Shown here piece after piece: positions 21,001 through 34,800 of a stretch of DNA of 64,000 nucleotides. The notes beneath the pieces are model-generated. The model was not told where the DNA came from, did no database searches, and saw only the letters and a list, made by a program, of their open reading frames with translations. The translations under genes were made by a program, and so were the position numbers. Positions within the stretch are counted from its first letter, which is position 1; each line of letters begins with the position of its first letter. Source of the DNA: a virus (lineage: Duplodnaviria > Caudoviricetes); IMG/VR virus record IMGVR_UViG_3300030433_002124, positions 24,887 to 88,886 of that record. One strand, 5' to 3'.

Positions 21001-22852
21001 TAATAGAATACCAGAAGAAATAATTAAGCTGCCAAGGAAAGAAATAAATAAAGAAGAGTTTAGACAAAAAACTCAACAAACAAGAGATGATCTTGATAAG
21101 TTAATTATAAGAAACGAAGAAGCTATTATTGATCCTGATGACTATTTTGTATATACGCCAGAAGATGATCAAATTCTTAATTTCTTAACAAATGATCCAA
21201 CTATAGAATCTACAACAAACCCTGGAGAAATTGATAAAGAACAATCTTTTGTACAAAGCTCGGGCCCTGGAGCATTAGTAATAACACAACCTGGAGATGA
21301 GATATTCCCAGAAGGTGCTATGATGAGTAATGATTATAGGATTTGGAATTTAACTACAGGTCAACAATTAGACCAAAATGGTAATGTTATAGGACCAAGA
21401 GAGTATGATCATTATTATTATCAAAATGATGATGGATTTACTGTACATGTTGACTTTACTTTAAGTGACAATATTGATGCAGATGGACAACCTATAGAAA
21501 GTCCTAATGAATATGATATTGATTTAGAAGGTGAGATTATAGAAAACGAAGGTAATGATCCTATTATTAATCCAAACGATACTGATATAATAGATGACGA
21601 AGATAATGATCCTTTACCAGGAGGAAATGCTCCTAATACTATAGTAACAAGTCCTCAAACTTATAATACTGAAATTACATTAAGAAATGGAACGGTGATA
21701 AAAGGAGAGTTTAATGTAGATCCAGGACAATTATGGTTTGATGATTCACAGAATACTTATCATACATGGGCTATGCATAGAGGTCCGGGTATAAAACCTG
21801 AACAAATGCAAGTTAAAAAACCATTACTTGATGCATTATTAGAAGCTGAAACTAATATTAATAAAGATATGTTTGATATATTTGCAGGATTATACGGTGA
21901 TTTAGGAGGGGGCGCATTATCAGAAGACGCAACTAAACATGGAGCTGCAAAAATATTAGGATGGATTGATGAAAGTGGAAATACATATCCTTATAAAGGA
22001 TTCCAGTGGAGCCCAGACGATGATACTTATTATGGAGAATTGCCTGAAGGGTTTACACAAGATGATTTAAAATTACAGTGGTCAGATAATTATAATGAGA
22101 CATATCATAATAGAGATGGCTCTGTAAAAGATGAGTATTTAGGAGATAGAAAACAAATATTAAATGGTAACTTCCCTGGTTTAGAGTTAATATCAGCAGA
22201 AGAAATGACTGTAGCAGATGGAACTACTGCAAGTATAGCCGATCTTATAAAACAAGGTAAAATAGCTATAATGACTAAAACAGGTGTTATGGATCCATTT
22301 ATGAGAAATAATACTAGACAATCAGATGGAAATATATTTAATATACCAATGGCAGATGTTTGGAGATCTTATGAATCTCAAAAAAGAGCTTATGATAAGT
22401 ATCAAAAAGAAGGAGGTTCACCAGTTGCTCCTCCAGGACACTCATTCCATGAAGCTGGTCAAGCGTTTGATATTTCTCAATCTGATAATGATTATGGAAT
22501 ATATATAGTAGATCTTTCAAGTCAAGGAGAATTAAATAATATTGCATTCGGTTCAAATAAATGGAAAATGGAAACATTATTTTCTACTACAAAAGCTTTA
22601 CCTGCTATACAATTAGATGATATTATATATAATGGTACAAGACCTTGGAATGGAATGGATAATGAAATTCAAAAATTAGTTACACAAAGATTAATTGATA
22701 TGAATAAAAAAGATGGATATACATTAGCACAATTATCAGCTTCTAATCCTAAAAACAATGAATGGTGGCACTTCTCAATAGGTGAAATGACAACTTATAG
22801 AGAACCTTTAATGCCAGGCAATAAATATGGAACATATAAATACGTAAGATAA
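18095..22852 (+). CDS. Ejected cargo protein 2 with C-terminal M15 (VanY-like) Zn peptidase domain
   Basis: 1585 aa. N-terminal YVPLPF is followed near the C-terminus by RSYESQ, APPGHSFHEAGQAFD (SxHxxGxAxD) and EWWHF (ExxH). Confidence 0.75.
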   Translation: MAVNRFNTPAEQNLMQTYVPLPFQEMAAAAQMIQQRHDTAEALADSLDDDLLGIKAYRELDKRYLTDYRQNLDNELSGLIKKHNGRYADMLPDLKLIQKRVNRDLTAGNLAAIKMSGEQLALYDQGVLDTKKDEKYDPYLDSMLGAGYDRAVWMSEGMKNIGTELQPNYIIDEDYYQNNVTGQPLSSYKYTGVWQASDMLSQLDKVYGKVKKDSQEVTYNVTDPDGTVRTITEKIDQITPAKIAEAALNNISALSPNARQELALWSASQTDDAVLAYADAFLQTLLSDEMMAAETQDQIDDVNERYSSMWAEMTDEDGNPTAQAIKYAELWNINEEGRKYITGDTTLKDVADTKNKYKSSTGGSTHTYRIIDTGTGPELQITPVVNEFGEDIIENSNDALLTTWNKSVNQNYTNYVDAVEEYNKWREQTPGDVDHLADLERIVNSARYTYEASAFLKQQITQQAAIDANYKYVGHGAGMNEKNEAGYYYEDITFGPNNELLSTFIDVGYGDTGDNIPMRYNIDVMFDDQGKPISPDDVNAIWAHIRNRTLTDEDGFITGFTPGLHENPLMVVDEETGVGVIDPRTADYTGRHSIVYDASYVGNTPLDKAKVKLYEKRKKELFGGRTREITELAGTGNKRVDEQIRTAITENWLNEDFMFMGQMTNQTFSMLEDPGTDAEALKDIIADINGDGNENQEDVMEFLEQVKKGDVRILWESVPNSTINDGAGGYRGVVKVPTKTGAQTLYFTAPQAYLNEIMTYHVDMDGNYVKMSPNESQMKWMNYNAQIDLDRAMRLPGNIVPTATLDENNNPIGWYYFGINPNDGTPLRSDEYIFVPNKNVITAVDVVEGQIVETRATGEPSGAIDVDDNTRDLARILMLNDPNQAATKKFWYNQLDVTPATEPIKREFDKTPIINNNDNTIIDNNINIDNEDKDNIIVVDPNDKKDKNDNDYILPEEIDPIPEGFDENGNRIPEEIIKLPRKEINKEEFRQKTQQTRDDLDKLIIRNEEAIIDPDDYFVYTPEDDQILNFLTNDPTIESTTNPGEIDKEQSFVQSSGPGALVITQPGDEIFPEGAMMSNDYRIWNLTTGQQLDQNGNVIGPREYDHYYYQNDDGFTVHVDFTLSDNIDADGQPIESPNEYDIDLEGEIIENEGNDPIINPNDTDIIDDEDNDPLPGGNAPNTIVTSPQTYNTEITLRNGTVIKGEFNVDPGQLWFDDSQNTYHTWAMHRGPGIKPEQMQVKKPLLDALLEAETNINKDMFDIFAGLYGDLGGGALSEDATKHGAAKILGWIDESGNTYPYKGFQWSPDDDTYYGELPEGFTQDDLKLQWSDNYNETYHNRDGSVKDEYLGDRKQILNGNFPGLELISAEEMTVADGTTASIADLIKQGKIAIMTKTGVMDPFMRNNTRQSDGNIFNIPMADVWRSYESQKRAYDKYQKEGGSPVAPPGHSFHEAGQAFDISQSDNDYGIYIVDLSSQGELNNIAFGSNKWKMETLFSTTKALPAIQLDDIIYNGTRPWNGMDNEIQKLVTQRLIDMNKKDGYTLAQLSASNPKNNEWWHFSIGEMTTYREPLMPGNKYGTYKYVR

Positions 22853-22853
22853 G

Positions 22854-25800
22854 ATGAGTCAAAATAATTCACTACAAAATTTATTGAATAGTAGTACTCC
22901 TGAACCTGTTGAGTTAAATCCTATTACTAACTTACCAATAAAAAGAGGCAATCCTCAAAGGATTCCAGGAGCTAGTTCAGTTAAAGATTTAATAGATGGA
23001 ACCTATTTAGATCCGGCTAGAGATGAGTCTTATTTTAGCAATCCTGTTAATCCCGATGACCCTTATGATTTAAAAAGAGTTGATTGGCCTGTATATGATC
23101 GTAGTCAGATTAATAAAATTCGAAATTCTAATCAAACTCATGGAGGTAGATTTTTAGCATGGCTTAATCAATCTATTGCAGAAATTGGAGGAGGTACTCT
23201 TTATGGTATAGGAGCATTATATGATTTAGTAGCAGGTAATGTAGAAAATGATTATCAAAATGCTCTTACAGAAATAGGACAAGATTGGATGGATTGGGCT
23301 AAAGATGTTACTCCTATATTTAGAAGGAATCCTGGAAAAGGTTGGGATCCTAATGATTGGGCATGGTGGGCTTCTAATGCAGTTTCATTAGTATCTACTT
23401 TATCTTTATTTATACCTGCAGCTGGAACAGTAAGAGGTGTTAGTATGGCTGGTAGAGGTGTGGGTATGTTGGGAAAAACTATGAGAGCTGCTGGTAGAAC
23501 TAGTAAACTTGGTAAAAAAAGTTTAAAATTTCAACTTGGTACAGCATTAGCTAAAGTCCCTAGATTAGGAGGAAAAAGAGTACAAGCTTTAGGAGGTATG
23601 ACTTTAGGGGGTTTGAGTATGAGGTATATGGAAAACTATAGAGAAGCAGGAGATACTTTTGTACAATCTTATGATAAAAACTTAGAATTTTTTCAAGATC
23701 AAGCTGCTTTTGATCGTTTTTTAGAAAGTAAAGAAGGGCAAAAATTTTTAGAAGATAATCCAGGTATTACTCTTGATGATCCTCTTTTAAAAGAAAAAGC
23801 CGCACAATGGATAGCTGGACATGCTGCGCATAAATCTTTTAATATGAATTGGCATAATGCTGCATTTGATATACTTCAATATGGTCTTGTGTTTGGACAT
23901 CTTGGAAGATTAGGAAAAGGTACAAGAGCTAGTTTTTTAGCAGGGCATAGTAATAAAGTTAGACAGGCTCAAAATGCTTTACTTAAAAATCCTAAAATTC
24001 CTAAAACTAGATTAGGTAGAATATGGCAAAACTATGGTAAAAAACCTACTAAATGGGGAGCTTGGGCTTATTCTGAAGGTATAGAAGAACAAATAAACTG
24101 GATATCTATGCAAGAAGGTATAAGGTATGGAGATATTATGGCAGGTAATATGGGACCTTCTAATCCTGATTGGCTTGGTGCTGGTTTTGGTCGTCCTGAT
24201 TTTTCTTTATTACCTAGTATGTTTCTAGGACCTGAAAACAGAAAACATGCATATAGCCAGCAAGGAGAATATTGGTCTTCGACATTATTTGGAGCTATGG
24301 GTGGTGGTGGATTTACTATGCTTGGAGGTTTAGCTAATAGAAAAACAAATATAGCTAGACAAAAAAGACAGATAGAAGAAATTGGTAAACGTCAAGAGTT
24401 TATAATAAATGCTTTAAATAAACGTAATGAAGCAAAACAAAAAGGAGATGTTGAAACAGTTAAAGAACAAAATAGATTATTAGCTATTAATTTAGGGTTA
24501 AATGCATCTCAAGCAGGGAATGTAGATTTACTATTAGAGCAAATAAATGATGAGAATTTTGATCAATTACTTTTAGATAATGGTATTACTCAAGAAGAGT
24601 TAAATACAACTAAAAAAGACATTATCAATGTAATTAATAATACTGAAAAACGCTATAGAAAGTATAGTGATACAATATTTGGTACAGAATATGGAGCAGG
24701 TGCAGCAAGAGCTGTAGTAGAATTAGAAATGGCTATGGATATGTATTCTGAGCTAATGGAAGATATTGATAATAGAATAGAAGAATCTCAAGAGAGTACT
24801 AAAGTAGCCGAAGAAAAATCTAAAATAGGTACTAATACTAAAAGACGTAGACAAATACAAACTAATATTATTAGTTTGAATCAAACTATAGAAAAAGTAA
24901 AAACTATTATTGAAAATCTAGAAAATGATAATGCTACACCTAATTTAAGTAAAGAAGAAAAACAACAAAATGATTCTACTATTGCTGGTTTTAAACAGGC
25001 TTTAAATAATTTTGAAGTTGAATTAAAAGACTTGACTAAAGAAGGAGCAGATTTAGAAAAAAATTCAAAAGAAACTTATACAGAAGATCAATTTAATGCA
25101 GAACAAGAGTATTTAAATCAGACTAATAGAAATGATGTTATACAATTAGCTAATAAAAAACAAATTTATAAAGCTAATAGATTAGCAGCTTGGAAGCAAA
25201 TGAATGAAATACTTAGTGGTAATTATGAATTTACTGTTAAGCAAAAATCTGATAAGGTAGAAGATGCATTACTTTCAGAAAAAGAACAAAAGAAAAGACT
25301 TAAGTTAGATGAACAAGATCGTGCTGATATTGAAAGAAGATGGAACTCGATAACAAAAAAGAATGCAAGAGATACAGAGAATGATGCTATTATACAAGAC
25401 TTCTTAGACCTAACATCAGATCCTAATACTAATCAAGATCAAATAGATATTTTTGTAGATGAATATAGAGATAATAGCGAAGTTCAAACTCGACTTAAAC
25501 CTCTTATTCGTAATTGGAAAACTAGAAAAAAACAACTAGAGTTACAGTCTTCTATAGATCAACTAAAAAAACTTAGCTCAGAAGTTAATGAAGCTGTAAA
25601 AGAAGGTAAAGAAATTGAAAATATAGATAAAGTTATTAATGAAGTTATGCTTCTATTAAATAATATATGGGGTAAGAAAGGATTTCGTAGAGATTCTTCA
25701 GGAAAAGATTTATCTAAAAAACAATTTGAACAAAAAAGAAAAGATTATAAATGGGCAGAGCATCTAACTGGTTTTTTAGCTAGATATAAACATGGTATAC

Positions 25801-28800
25801 CAGAATCTTTAAACTGGGAATGGGATAAATTATTTGATAATTTTGTTCCTAATGTACAAGTTATGTGGAATAATCGTATAGGTGTTATATATGCTGAAAG
25901 CGGTGCTTTATTTTTTGAAGATGAGAAACAAAATAAAGTACAGGTAACTGAGAACAATGATATTTTATATAATTTAAATATGATTGTGTTAAAAAATAGT
26001 ACTACTATACCTTTAACTGTACATGAAGATGGTAGAACATTTAGAATAAATGGAGATTATTATAGTAATCTACATGAAGATCCTACTGATGCTATTAAAT
26101 ATAATAAAGAAGATATTCCAATATCTGTTACTTTAACTAGATGGATAGGAAATGACATTACTATTACTACCCCAGGTATTGTAATGGACATAGCTAGAGT
26201 TATAGAGACTTTAGAAGCTGTAAAAATAGCTAAATTTGCTGAGTTTAATAATCAAGAAAATTCTTTAGATTTAGGAGATACTATTCATTATGCTATTTGG
26301 AAAAAGACTTCAAATGGTTATAAGCTTGTAGTAATGAATGAAGAGACTGGTAAAGCAGTTAGAGGTAAGAAAGCTAAAGAATTAAAGCATATAGCAAATG
26401 AAATGCTAAGCTATAAAATAGAAACTGAAATTAACAAAATAAAACAAAAATTCAATGAATCTATCACAACTCATAATGTTACTCCCTCCCCGATTACAAA
26501 AGAAACTCTTAGCGGTACCCCCGGTCAAGCAGCCCGGATTTCTGAAGAAGTTGAGGAATCCAACCCCCAAAAGCAAGAAGAAAAAATAAGCGCTGAGGTA
26601 CAATCTGCTAGTCCTATTGTTAATGTAGACAGAACAGAAGTTAGTCAAAAAGAAAAGGATGAAATATTAAATAAAATAAATAATGATGCTTTAGAAAAAG
26701 ATAAAGCGAATGCAGAACAGGTTATAGAAAACGAAAAGAAAAATCAAACAGAAAATCTAGAACAAGAAGTAGGTACAAGTATTGATAGTTTAATAAATGA
26801 AAATAAATCTGATGCAGAAAAAACTGTTAATTTAGTAGAGTCTTCTGTTAACCAGCAGGAAAGTACACCACCAAAGAAACAACGTCCTAAAAAAGCTATT
26901 ACTAATCCTACTGCTACTAATAAAAATAAAGTAGAGCTAGATAGATCTTACCCACAAGCTTGGACTCCGCAATTTGTAGGAGTTAATTTAAGTACTAAAG
27001 AAAATCCTTTATGGGTACAAGCACTTGATAGAAACGGTAATAGTATGCCAGTATTTGTAAGGTCAAATGGAGCTCCTTATAGAATTATACCTGAGTCCTT
27101 TTTAACGCCTACACAACTAGATCAAATAGATAAAAAAAGTCCAGGCCCAGGAACAATAAATACTGTTTTTTATAACGAACCTAGAGTAAATCAAAATAAT
27201 AAAGTTATACGAGAGGGGAATCGTATCATAGTAAATAAAGAAAAACTAGTTAGATATACTGTATTAAATCCTAAAACTAAAAAAAGAGAAAATGCTGTTA
27301 TGATTATCTATCCAGGATCGATAAATCAATCTGATATTATAGATTTTGATGTAGCTAATAGCCCAGAGACTGGGGTAGGAACAGATGTAATATTAAGAGT
27401 AGAACCTAATTGGCAATATCATAGAAGTAAAAATCCTAATGATGTAATAATTACTGTTAGATTAGCGGGAAGAACTGATACTATTATTTCTACAATGCGT
27501 GGAGGTTCAGCTCAGTTTAAACAAAATTTATTACTTAGAAAAAATGTAGCAGAGGCTTTAAAAGGTAATAGGTCTATGGATATTAAAGCTAAGATCGCTG
27601 GTAAAACAGATGGTTTTGTTACTAATATAAAAAAGAAAGGTAAATCTGTAAAACAATCTATAGATGTATTACAAGGGCCTATAGTAATTGGATATGGTAT
27701 GGAAGGTACAGTGCGTATACCTAATTCTGATGTATCTGTTTCCAACTCAGAATTTGTTGAAAATGGTACTATTTATTTAGCTACTAAATCTGCTAGCGGA
27801 AGAATGATTCCTATTAGATTAGAAACTTCTAATTTAAATAATATAGCTGCAAATAAAGTTGTAGATATAATTTTAGATAATAAGCTAACAGAAGAAGAAA
27901 GAAGACAAGAAGTAAATAAAATAATACAAGTTTATGGTAAACTTGAAGAAGATACACAATTAGCTATGGATAATTATAGAATTAAATTTCCATATGCTGG
28001 TAAAATGATAGGGCTACAAATACATGCAGAAGGTAGTGATCAAATAAGTAACTTCGAGAAATTTATAACAGGTAAACCTTTTAAATATATTTTATATGAT
28101 TCACAAGGTTTAATACAATCTGTAGGAGAAATACAAAAATCTGATGGTAAAACAGCTCAAAGAATATTAAGAGATAGTTCGGATTTTTCACAACAACTAT
28201 TAGTAAATAATAGAAATGTATTTGTAGAATATTTAAAAACTAAAAAATATAACGTACAAGGCCATGAATTAAATATCAATGAGCCTTACAGAAGTCCTAT
28301 AAATGGATATGAGTATGATAATTATATACAATACTTATCAGATCCTGATTTTAGTATATTAACTACAGATATTCCGGGGGGAAATGCATCTAAATTTCAT
28401 CATTCAATTATTTATACAGAAGTAGTAGATGATACAACATCTATTCCTTTTGAAAAAGCAGATCTAACTAAAGCAGAAATTAAAGAGTTAACTACACCTT
28501 CATTAGATGAACAAGTTGTAGAAGCTATAGAAGATGAAGCAACTATGTCTATAGATGATCTGATTGAGAATAATAAGAAAAAACCTAAGACTAAAAACGA
28601 TATAGATAATTTAGATGATATTAATTTACCTGATATTAAATTAAGAGAAGTAAATGTTGTAAATCCTCCATCTTATAATATGTTGACACAAGAAGAGGTA
28701 GATTGGTTTAAAGAAAAGTTTGGTGAGCAGGGTTTAAATGTATTAGAACGTGTTAAGTGGATACGTGTATCTAAAGGTAGAAACGCATGGGGATTTTATA

Positions 28801-31800
28801 GAAACGGTTTAGTTACATTAGCACGAGAGGGTAAAGAAGGTACAGCATACTGGGAAGCGTTTAGAAGAGTATTTGATATTCATTTATCAGAAGAAGAAAA
28901 AGCAGATATATTATTAGAAGCTGATAATAAGTATGGTTATGATATGTTAATGGCACAAGAAGAAGCAGGTGTAGATATATCAAAGGCTACTTATTCTAAC
29001 GAGCAATTAGAAACAGCCCTTGCAAGAGATTTTATGGATTTCATGATGAATGAAAAAGATCCTTCTTTTAAAGGTAAAATAAAAAGATTCTTTAAAGAAT
29101 TATTATATACTATCAAAAACTTTTTAGGATTAAATAATAGTATAGAAAGATTATTTAGAAATATCCGTGATACAAATTATAACAATTATACATTAGAAGA
29201 ATTAAATAAGTTATCAAAAGTAGAAAATGAACAACTTAGGCAAATGTATAATAAGAATGGCCAGCCTATGCCACAAGAATTTGTAGAAGAGGTAGTAGGA
29301 AATATAAACCATGATTTATATACTGCTTTACAAAATAAAGCAAAACAAGATAATGTATCTTTTGAATCATATCTTAAAGATCAAAAACAATTAGATGCTT
29401 TTTACGATGCTTTAAGAGCACAATACAGAGCTATAGGTAAAAAAATATTAGATACACCTGGAATAAGTGATAGAGTTAGAAGTATCGGAGAAAACTATTT
29501 AAGAATTACAGAAGATTCTTTATGGGGTATAAGAACTGATGCTTTACATAATTTAACGTCACCTGGATTTAAAAAATTAGCTATACAAAATTTACAACCT
29601 TTATTCGGTGTAAAATATACTACATATAGAGGTAAAGAATTGACAGATGATTTAGATGCTAATGAAGTAAACGATATTGTAGAAGATGCACAACCACAAG
29701 CTCAAGAAAAAATACATGGTATAAATTACTATTATAGGCCTGTAAAAGATACTTTATCTAAAGATGTAAAAATAGGATTAAGTTTTATTGAGTCTAAAGA
29801 AAAAGGTAAGATATTAGGTAAACATAGATTTGTACCATTTGATGATGTGTATAACTATCTTGCTTTAAACTTATCCAATGCTACAGAAGGTAGAGTTATA
29901 GAAAAATTAAAAACTCTAAAGCATGAACTAGTACCTCAAGTATTAGAAAAATATACACAAGCAGGCCCAGCCTGGCAAAATAAATTTGTTACTCACTTTA
30001 ATAAACAAAACATAGCTTTTAAAACTTTAGTTATTGATAACTCGGGATCTGTAAAAGTTATGTACACAAATCGTAATGGTCTTGAACGGCAAATTATAAA
30101 TGATTGGATGGGTAACAAAGCATCTTCACCTATATTTACAGAAGTTAATGGTGAAAATGATAAAATTAATGTAGAAAAAGCTAAAGAATTTAAAGCTATT
30201 TTAGAAAATGATTTAGTAAAAATATATAATAAATATAGAAACACATCTAAAATATCAGAGCAAACAGCAGGTAAAAAAGAATACATGGTTCCTATGATGA
30301 AAGTTCTAAAGAGTCTGGGTATAACTTTACCTCAGAATATGAAGAATGATTTGTTTAAAGATGAGACTGTTAGTGTTAAAGATCTTCATGCATATATGTT
30401 TGGGCCCAACTCGTTTCAATATGTATTTAAAAATCTAGCGCTAGGAAGAAGTCCTTACATGGCTAATAATATGGAGATGGGGGCTTTAGGTAAATTAGCT
30501 AAATTTGTTGCTCAATATAAAGTAGATTCTTATTTAGCGTCATTTATTGGAGGTAATAGAAAAAGTATATATTCTATTAATTTAAATACTTTTGATTCAG
30601 AAAGAACTTTAGCATTAAGATCTGATGAAACTTTTAAAGAAACAATAGCTAAATATTTTTCTGATGTATTTTATAAACCTAATTCCAAAACATCCCATGT
30701 GTTATTAGATATGTTACTTAAGCATCCTACTGTAAGAAACAACTTCCAATTAAGTACATTTGATGTAATAAAAGATAGAGGTAATTTTGGTAGAGCTACA
30801 GCTTATGATCGAATGACAGAAAATTTATCTGCAATAACTAGATTTGCTATGTTTAATAATAGCGGAAATGTTTTTGGAGAATTTAGTACAGGTACTAAAT
30901 CTGATAAAGGTCAGTTTAAATTTTTAACATTACCTAAAATACATCCTAAAAACAAAGCATTTGGTATGTGGAAATCAACTAAGCTTGGTACAGAAGGCTT
31001 TATAGAAACAGCTATAGAGTTATTAAGACCATTAGCATTAGGAGAATATGCACGTATATCTAAAGTAGAACGTCAATTATTTGATGTTAATATGGATCCT
31101 AAACATTTAATAAAGAATTTTCATTATAGAAATGAACCGGGAGATATGGATGCTAATGGATTAAAGTTTATGTTATTTAGAACTTTAAACGAATCAGAAA
31201 TATTTAATGAAGATACTAATAGACTAGAAGCTATAGCAGACACTAATGAATCTGACATTGAAGTATATAATAAATTAGCAGGAGTAATAGATGCTCATAT
31301 TAAAGCATATATAAGAAAACAAATAAGTAAAACAATAGATGCTTTTGTTGAAGCTAAAGCTATAGTAAAAGTAGGAAAAGAATTACATAATATTAATCTT
31401 CCTTTAAATGCTATAGCAAATAAAAGGATAGGTAAAGATGTTACACCGGCTATAATAGAATTTGCTATTAATGATATTGTTATGAAGCCTTATATAAATA
31501 CTATATTCGGACCTGAACTTGCTTTCTATAAAACTGATAAAACAGGTAATCCTATGGTAGATGCGGGGAAAAGACAATATCAATCAGTTACTCCTAAAAT
31601 GAATCTTACATATAACGAAGAGCATGACTATGGAGCTAAACCTAAATTTACACACGCAGTAGTTAGGGATATAATTAAAAGAAGCCCAGAAACTGTAGAA
31701 AGATTTCAAAAAATATTAGAAAAATCCGGAGTAGAAAGTACAGAAGCTAAAAAAATAGCTTCCGCTTATACAGAAGTTTTAAAAACGGATGCTCAAGGAT

Positions 31801-34800
31801 ATACGACTTTAGAATTCCATAAAAGACAAATGGAGTCCCAGGGTAAATGGTCTAAAGAACATCAGAATGCATATGAAATGTATTGGAGAAAAGGATTAAT
31901 GGGAGGAAAGGCTGAACAAGAACTTTTATTAGATCCTTTAAAAACATATTTCTTTGGAGAAGTATTAGAAAATGACGGTCATAATAATGAAACTTTAGTA
32001 TTTAAACAAATAAAACACTCTACTGTACCATTATTAAAATCTTATACTCAGGCTTTTGCAGAAGAAGGTATAACTACATTAGATGATCTTAGACAACGTA
32101 TGGAAGCTACTGGTAAATATAAAGGTATGCAACATATTGATATGATTAATTTTGAAAGTGGTGTAAAAGTAGGTATATCAGGATTATCTAATGTTCAAGA
32201 TTTATCTAATGTAAATGTAGAAGTTTTAGAAAGTAAGTATTTAGGATCACCTCAAATAATTACAACTAGACCTAAAGACCCATTATTTGGTTCTCAATTT
32301 GCTAAATTATTACCTTCAAATATAAATAATGAAGATAGTTATTCTCTGCCTAATGGAGATAGATTATTAGGATCGGAATTAAAAACTTTATACAATGACT
32401 TATGGTATGAAAAAATAGAAAGATCTTCTAATAAACTATCAAAAAAATTAGGATATAGAGCATTCATGGATGTTTTAACTACAATGAATGAAAATCCTAC
32501 AGCTGTATCACCAGAACAATTTGCTGCAGCGCAGTTAAAGTTTTTAAAGAAAGTTAAAAATGAAGTATATCAAATGTTACAAGAAAGAGAATTACCTGAT
32601 AATTATTTCTTAGCATTAGATATAGAAGAGTTAATAGATGATGTTGATAGATACGGTTATGTAACACCTATGGCATTCCCTACTTTTTCTAAACGGTTTG
32701 AAAATATATTATTATCTCTATTTAAAAATAATATATTAAAACAAAAAGCTAAAGGAATGAGCGCAGTACAAGTAGCAGACTTTGGCTATTCTTTAAATAA
32801 CGAGCTTAAAATTGAAGCTAATAGTAATGGAGGTATATATGCTGAAGTTGCATTACCTTATGATTTAGTACATAAATTAGGATTAGAAGTAGGAAGTGAC
32901 TTATCTGCAGTAGATCCGTCTTTATTAGAATTAATAGGATATCGTATTCCTACACAGGGTAAAAACTCAATGCTGATGTTAAAAGTAGCAAGAATTTTAC
33001 CTAAGAATATGGGTGCAGTTATACAATTACCTGCAGAAATAACAACAATTATGGGATCTGATTTTGATATAGATAAAATGTATATCATGTTCCCAGAGTT
33101 AACAAAAGAAAAAAGAAGAGAGTCAGCATTTAAAATAGGACAATATAGAACTAAAAAAACTTTTGAGGGCTTATCTGATCAAGCTGTTAATCAAGCTTTA
33201 TTTGATATATCTGCAAGTATATTGTCATCTAAACATTCTGTAAAAGAAATCTTAACACCATTAGATTCTGATACATATGCTAATGCTATAAAAGATTATC
33301 AAGAGGCTAGAATTACAGAAGATATATCTGACTTTGATGTATTTACCCCGGCTGCGGATATGTATTTAGAGAAAATAAATAAAGATGCATCTATGCTAAT
33401 CGGTTTATTTTCTATGCATTCTACATCACATGCTCTAGCGCAAGATATGGATATTAAATTAAATAATGTAGCAGTTTATTTTAACAGTAACAAAGGACAA
33501 GAGCATACAAGTTTAAGTAATATCTATGATTTTGATGGTAATTATATTTCTGATCATATAAAAGATGACCAAAATGAGTCTATAGATAATGCTAAAAATC
33601 AAAGAATAGGTCCCGCGGGAGTTACAGTATATAATCATGGTGTAAAAATGTTATTAAACAGAGTAGGTGTTCCTGGAAGAGCATCTCTTGATTTTATTAA
33701 TCAGCCTATTATAAAACAATATCAAAAAGAAAGAGCTACAAATACGAGTAATGTATCTGATCAAAAACTTGCAGAAAAAGTAGCAGAAGAATGGCAAGTA
33801 AAACAAGAATTTTTAGAAGCTAAAAAACTATTTGGAGAAGACAGATTTTTTACTCCAAGTGCAGCTTCTTTAAAGAAATCATTAAAACATACTAAAGGTG
33901 GCCAAAGAGAGCATAAAGTACAACAAGCTCAATTATTAGCAGATTTCTTTAATTATATAGATATTGCTAGAGATATATCTAAATTAAATATGCTATTAAA
34001 TCCAGAAGGATTAAAGAACTTTAGTAGATTAAGTTTCTTAGAAAACTTTAAAAATGCACAAGCGCATTTAGAATCTAGTATGTCTTTTATAGATATAGGT
34101 AAAATGCCAAAAAGAACAGAAGCATTCATTAAATTTGGTATAGATGAAGCTATCGATACAACAAGTTATTTTATTCCATTTAATAAAGAAGGATTTTTAG
34201 AATTAAAAAGAAAAATAGCTAAATATACAGGACAGAGAGATGGTGTTTTATCACAAGAGTCAATAGAAACTATAAATAGTTTAGCTCTTTATTATGTGTT
34301 TACACAGCCCCATTCTCCTTTAGCGGATCTATTTTATACTGATGGAAAGTCTGATATGTCATTAGTTAAGGAAAGATTGTTTACATTATCAGGATCCACA
34401 GTATCTAGGTTTTTAAATCTAAGAGCTAATAAAAATATGCATAATGATAAATTCTTTGGTATGTTATATGCTCATACAGAGAATACAGGTAAAAATAAGT
34501 TTATTAAATTATTAGCATTTAATAATACAAGTAAATTAGATGCTGCTAAAAAGTCGGCTATTACAGATAGATGGGAGCAGTTATTAGATCCTAATGTTAC
34601 AAAAGATGTAGAAGTAAGAAGGATGGCAGAAGCATTAGTTCTTTATTCTATTATTACTTCAGGATTTATCTCTACAGGTCCTAATACATTTGTAGATTTA
34701 ATTCCTAATTCATACTGGTCTAATAAATCAGAGAATAGAGATTCATTAAGTAATTTCTTTAGAAAAGAAGTTAGAACAATGGATTATTCAAATTACTTTG

